A stretch of 64,000 nt of DNA from Adineta vaga (taxonomy: Eukaryota; Animalia; Rotifera): contig CP075492.1 in the NCBI GenBank assembly GCA_021613535.1, positions 13,392,001 through 13,456,000 of the forward strand, read 5' to 3'. The stretch's first letter is position 1. Every line of letters starts with the position of its first letter. A program made the position numbers and the translations under genes. The notes under the pieces were generated by a model that had not been told where the DNA came from, searched no databases, and worked only from the letters and a program-made list of their open reading frames with translations. Of this stretch, positions 60,764 to 64,000 are shown piece after piece.

Positions 60764-62017
60764 CTAATTCAATTTACCTTGATTATTTGATGCATTATTG
60801 CCAATAGCAAAATAAATATTTTCTGATATTGGATTCAATATCATAACCCCAATCAATGACTCAGCCAAACCTTCTGACAAATTTGAACAGTATTGTGCAA
60901 GATTAATTTGAGTTAAGTTGCGATTTCGATTAATGACAACACTGATGCCACACTCTCCTGCTGTTTCTGGTAAATCTGTATGTAAATTCATGACTGCATT
61001 TACCAATTTGATATTTTTGATCATCTCGCCGTAAGGAGATAAATCATGAACATCATTTTCTTTAATTAATTTTTCAATTAAACTTTGTTTATCTTCAATA
61101 TCAGATTCTTTTTTCACACCACCAAGAATATAGACAGATCTACGTTAAAAAATATGCAATTAAAAATTAATTATGGTTAATCTTCTTTCAAGTTTAACTT
61201 CATTTATTGGAGATACAATATTCTTTTTTTCTCCTTCAAAATGCACTACTCTCAATCTGATTAATCAATTATTATTAAGGGAAAGGTATTGATTTCTTTT
61301 GAAATCTTTTTAGATGTGTCACAATAGAAATTGAAAGGTCGGAAAAATTGAAATTTTAATATCTTCTGCAACATCTTATACATATAACAGCATCATTTAC
61401 AAATGAAATAACTACATTGCTGAATATCATGCATAAAAATCGTTTGAATTCATGGACTCTTTTTTTTAATTTGCTCTCTTTTTATCATATTATTTGTTGA
61501 ATATTTCTAAGGAATTAATCTCGACGGCATCCCATCTATTTTACTACAGGTAACGTAACATATCTTCATGGATTTATTTTAATAATACAGATGTTGAAGA
61601 TGAGCTTTCTTGAACTAATCTGTTGATTTCTCAACAATTACAGCAAATTTCAATCACAACCGAACGAAATAAAATTTATTTTTAATCTCTTTTATGAAAA
61701 TATTCAAACATGAGAGATCGAAATTCTTTCGTCTTGAAAAAAAGCTGCAAAAGTACTTACGATATTGTTGCTTTTGGCTCATTTAATTTATGAATATGTG
61801 AAGCCACGTATGTCAAACATATTTTCATATTGATTTTATTCAGGTTGTCTGAAAAATCATTTCGATGTTCAATAAAAATTTTATTGTTTTCTTTAAAGAA
61901 AGCAATAATAATAACACAGGTGTTAGCACCAGTACTAGCTAAATGACCTGTCACGATATTAAATTTATCTGTTCCAACATTACGAATAATTTTCTTTGCA
62001 TCAGTACTGTTAGCCAT
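60764..62017 (-). CDS. Uncharacterised protein with a CheD/CNF1/NTAN1-like Cys-His deamidase motif; 2 exons (61761-62017, 60764-61139)
   Basis: Spliced in phase 2. ASTGANTCVIII...IFIEH...SVYILGG matches the (S/T)C-hydrophobic strand-H...GG layout of this fold. Confidence 0.55.
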
Positions 62018-62566
62018 TATTTCGATTTAACTATAGAAAACCTATCGAATATGTGATTAAAATATAAATTCACAAACAAAGAAAAAAGCTTTCTCTACGA
62101 CGTCATTTTCTTTCATTCTTCGATATGTATATATGTCGTATCGAGGTTAGTACCTTCGATACGGCAATCATAATCATGTTATTTCAAGTACATGTAAACT
62201 GATTTTTCCATCATTTTGTTAAAAAATAACGGTTGGCAAATGATTAACTGCATAAATGTGAGAAGACTGATGTTCAATGATTGTAATAAAGCTTCAATTA
62301 ATGGTATATACCTTTGAAGTGATATTATTTCGTCTGATAATATTTTTCGATACACATGAATAAGAAAAAACGTTTTTTTTTATTAGACTTTAAAAATATA
62401 AATGATCCAAATTTGTATGAGATTTTATCAATAATATTTATTCTCTATAGTAAACAAAATAAAGAATATATTTTTCCTAAAATATATATCATTAAAATCA
62501 AGGAAAAAAACTAATTAATATAGAAAAATAGAGATGAAAATTGCTTGATTATCTATCTAAAAAATA

Positions 62567-63060
62567 TTAATTTTGAATTGAAGCACGTTTAATAATTTCA
62601 TAGAGTGATATTATTAGAACAGAATTTGGTATAACAATACAAGTACGACGTAATGAACCAAAACAAATACCTTTTAAACCTCTTTCGTGTATAAGAATAG
62701 GAAATGTATTCCAGAGTGATTGTCTTTTTGATGAAAGTTGTAAAGTTGTTTTTAAAACATCAATTTGTTGTGTTATTAATGATATTAAAAGTGCTGCTAA
62801 AGTCGACGATAATGGAATAATAATTTGATCATATTTTAATGAAATAAATCTCTCTAATTGATTTTGAATTTTCCAATAAAATGTCCAAATAATTGAATTA
62901 GATGAAAGAGATATATCTAAAGCTATTAAATAACCTTTATAAAACCTACACACACCATCACCAGATTTGGAATAAATATCACGATTAATATTATTGATTC
63001 GAATTTTATTATATGAACAAGTGATCATTACTTATTGAGTTACAACATCAGTTGAAACTA
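62567..63060 (-). pseudogene. Truncated, degenerate mitochondrial carrier (SLC25) gene
   Basis: Eroded carrier motifs TDVVTQ*, G..RFYKGY, QQIDVLKTTLQ, ERGLKG and LYEIIKR. The first repeat is missing and replaced by repeats. Confidence 0.7.
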
Positions 63061-63084
63061 AATTGAAACAAAAAAACCCATCTT

Positions 63085-63141
63085 GAGGGTGTGGGTGTAG
63101 ATGTGCGTGAAGAAGATATACTCACACCCTCACCCACCCAC
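63085..63141. repeat. Second copy of the GT/CA hairpin mini-repeat
   Basis: gagggtgtgggtgtagatgtgcgtgaag ... ctcacaccctcacccacccac. Confidence 0.55.
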
Positions 63142-63193
63142 TGATCGTGAAGGAGGTCCATTTATAAAGTTAGTTATCTGAATAGTACATTAA

Positions 63194-64000
63194 CAGCGGG
63201 CGAATTTATATACATCGGTCTATTTCCATCTATTGTTGCATAATATTTATATGGTGCCGAAGATTCCTATTCAAAAGAGAATACTTCCTATTCCGAAAAG
63301 TTACACATTCCGGAATTGATTTACCCGCTAAAATGCCTATCAATCAATTCCGGTATTCCTCTTATTCAAATCCGGAGCAGCTGGCATTCGATTTCCACAA
63401 ATGCAATCAAACTCCTGCATTTTCCGCGCATTCCGGAATTGTTGTTTTATGTTAGTCGATGAAAAGATCATCCTCATTGATCGATCGAATTCCCAAGCGG
63501 AATTTCGGAATTCGTGCACAACCGGAACAGCTAGGATTTAGCAGGAATTCCTGCATTTCCTGCCCATTTTTGCCTAATCCGGAAGTGATTGGATGTGTGA
63601 ACTCAGGATAAGTTGATCCTGATTTATTTATGAAATGCGGTGCGCACTTTCGAGTTCGTGACCGTGCACCTTTTCTATGAATTTCTTTGATGTGTTGGTT
63701 TCTCCATCAGGTCGCTTTAATCAGGCGTTTTTCGGACACCGTTACTATTGTGCTGCCCCACCGACTGAGCCTTCCACCCACCCTCAAGATGACGGTATCG
63801 GCAGGAATAAACAGAAATTTCTGATCGTTGCATATTACTGAAATTCCGGATGTGCACGAATTCCGGAATTCCGCTTTTATTTTTCATGGCTACGAATGCT
63901 TGATCATATAAATATACTATATATAGATGCAATTCCGGAATTGAGCGATAGTCATTTTGGTGGGTCAAGCAATTCCGGAATGTGTAACTTTTCGGAATAG
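63194..64000. mobile_element. Foldback/MITE-like element rich in ATTCCGGAAT motifs, continuing past the window end
   Basis: 63288-63352 (ctattccgaaaagttacacattccggaattg...) is an inverted copy of about 63936-64000. Many ttccgg/ggaa motifs lie in between. The left boundary is approximate. Confidence 0.75.

Noticed and set aside
63717-63968. 83-aa ORF as a transposase fragment
   Set aside because: It lies in the inverted-repeat arm of the element and has no transposase motifs.

Overview
AT-rich, gene-dense eukaryotic DNA with many short (~50-60 nt) GT-AG introns. The gene content points to a bdelloid rotifer (Adineta/Rotaria-like): expanded orphan GPCRs, an AvGluR1-type glutamate receptor with a K+-channel-like filter, bdelloid-type F-box and LamG proteins, and several foreign-looking genes. 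Housekeeping-type genes are a GH47 alpha-1,2-mannosidase, V-ATPase subunit a, Gal-3-O-sulfotransferase, an ABCC4-like transporter and a GH31 alpha-glucosidase. Candidate horizontally acquired genes are DUF1398, a TylF-like O-methyltransferase with a membrane anchor, a decayed laccase, a fungal/bacterial-like coiled-coil protein and a CheD/CNF1-fold-like deamidase. Several pseudogenes and MITEs occur, mostly in the last 14 kb. The most notable observations are: (i) the iGluR has a TITGYG pore and seems to lack the two arginines AvGluR1 uses for acidic ligands and anions; (ii) the V-ATPase gene has two frame-enforced mutually exclusive exons; (iii) a prion-like gene is nested on the same strand in mannosidase intron 1; (iv) a sulfotransferase and a bacterial-type sugar O-methyltransferase form a head-to-head pair. 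Exon boundaries were read by hand and family calls come from motif recognition, not database searches.
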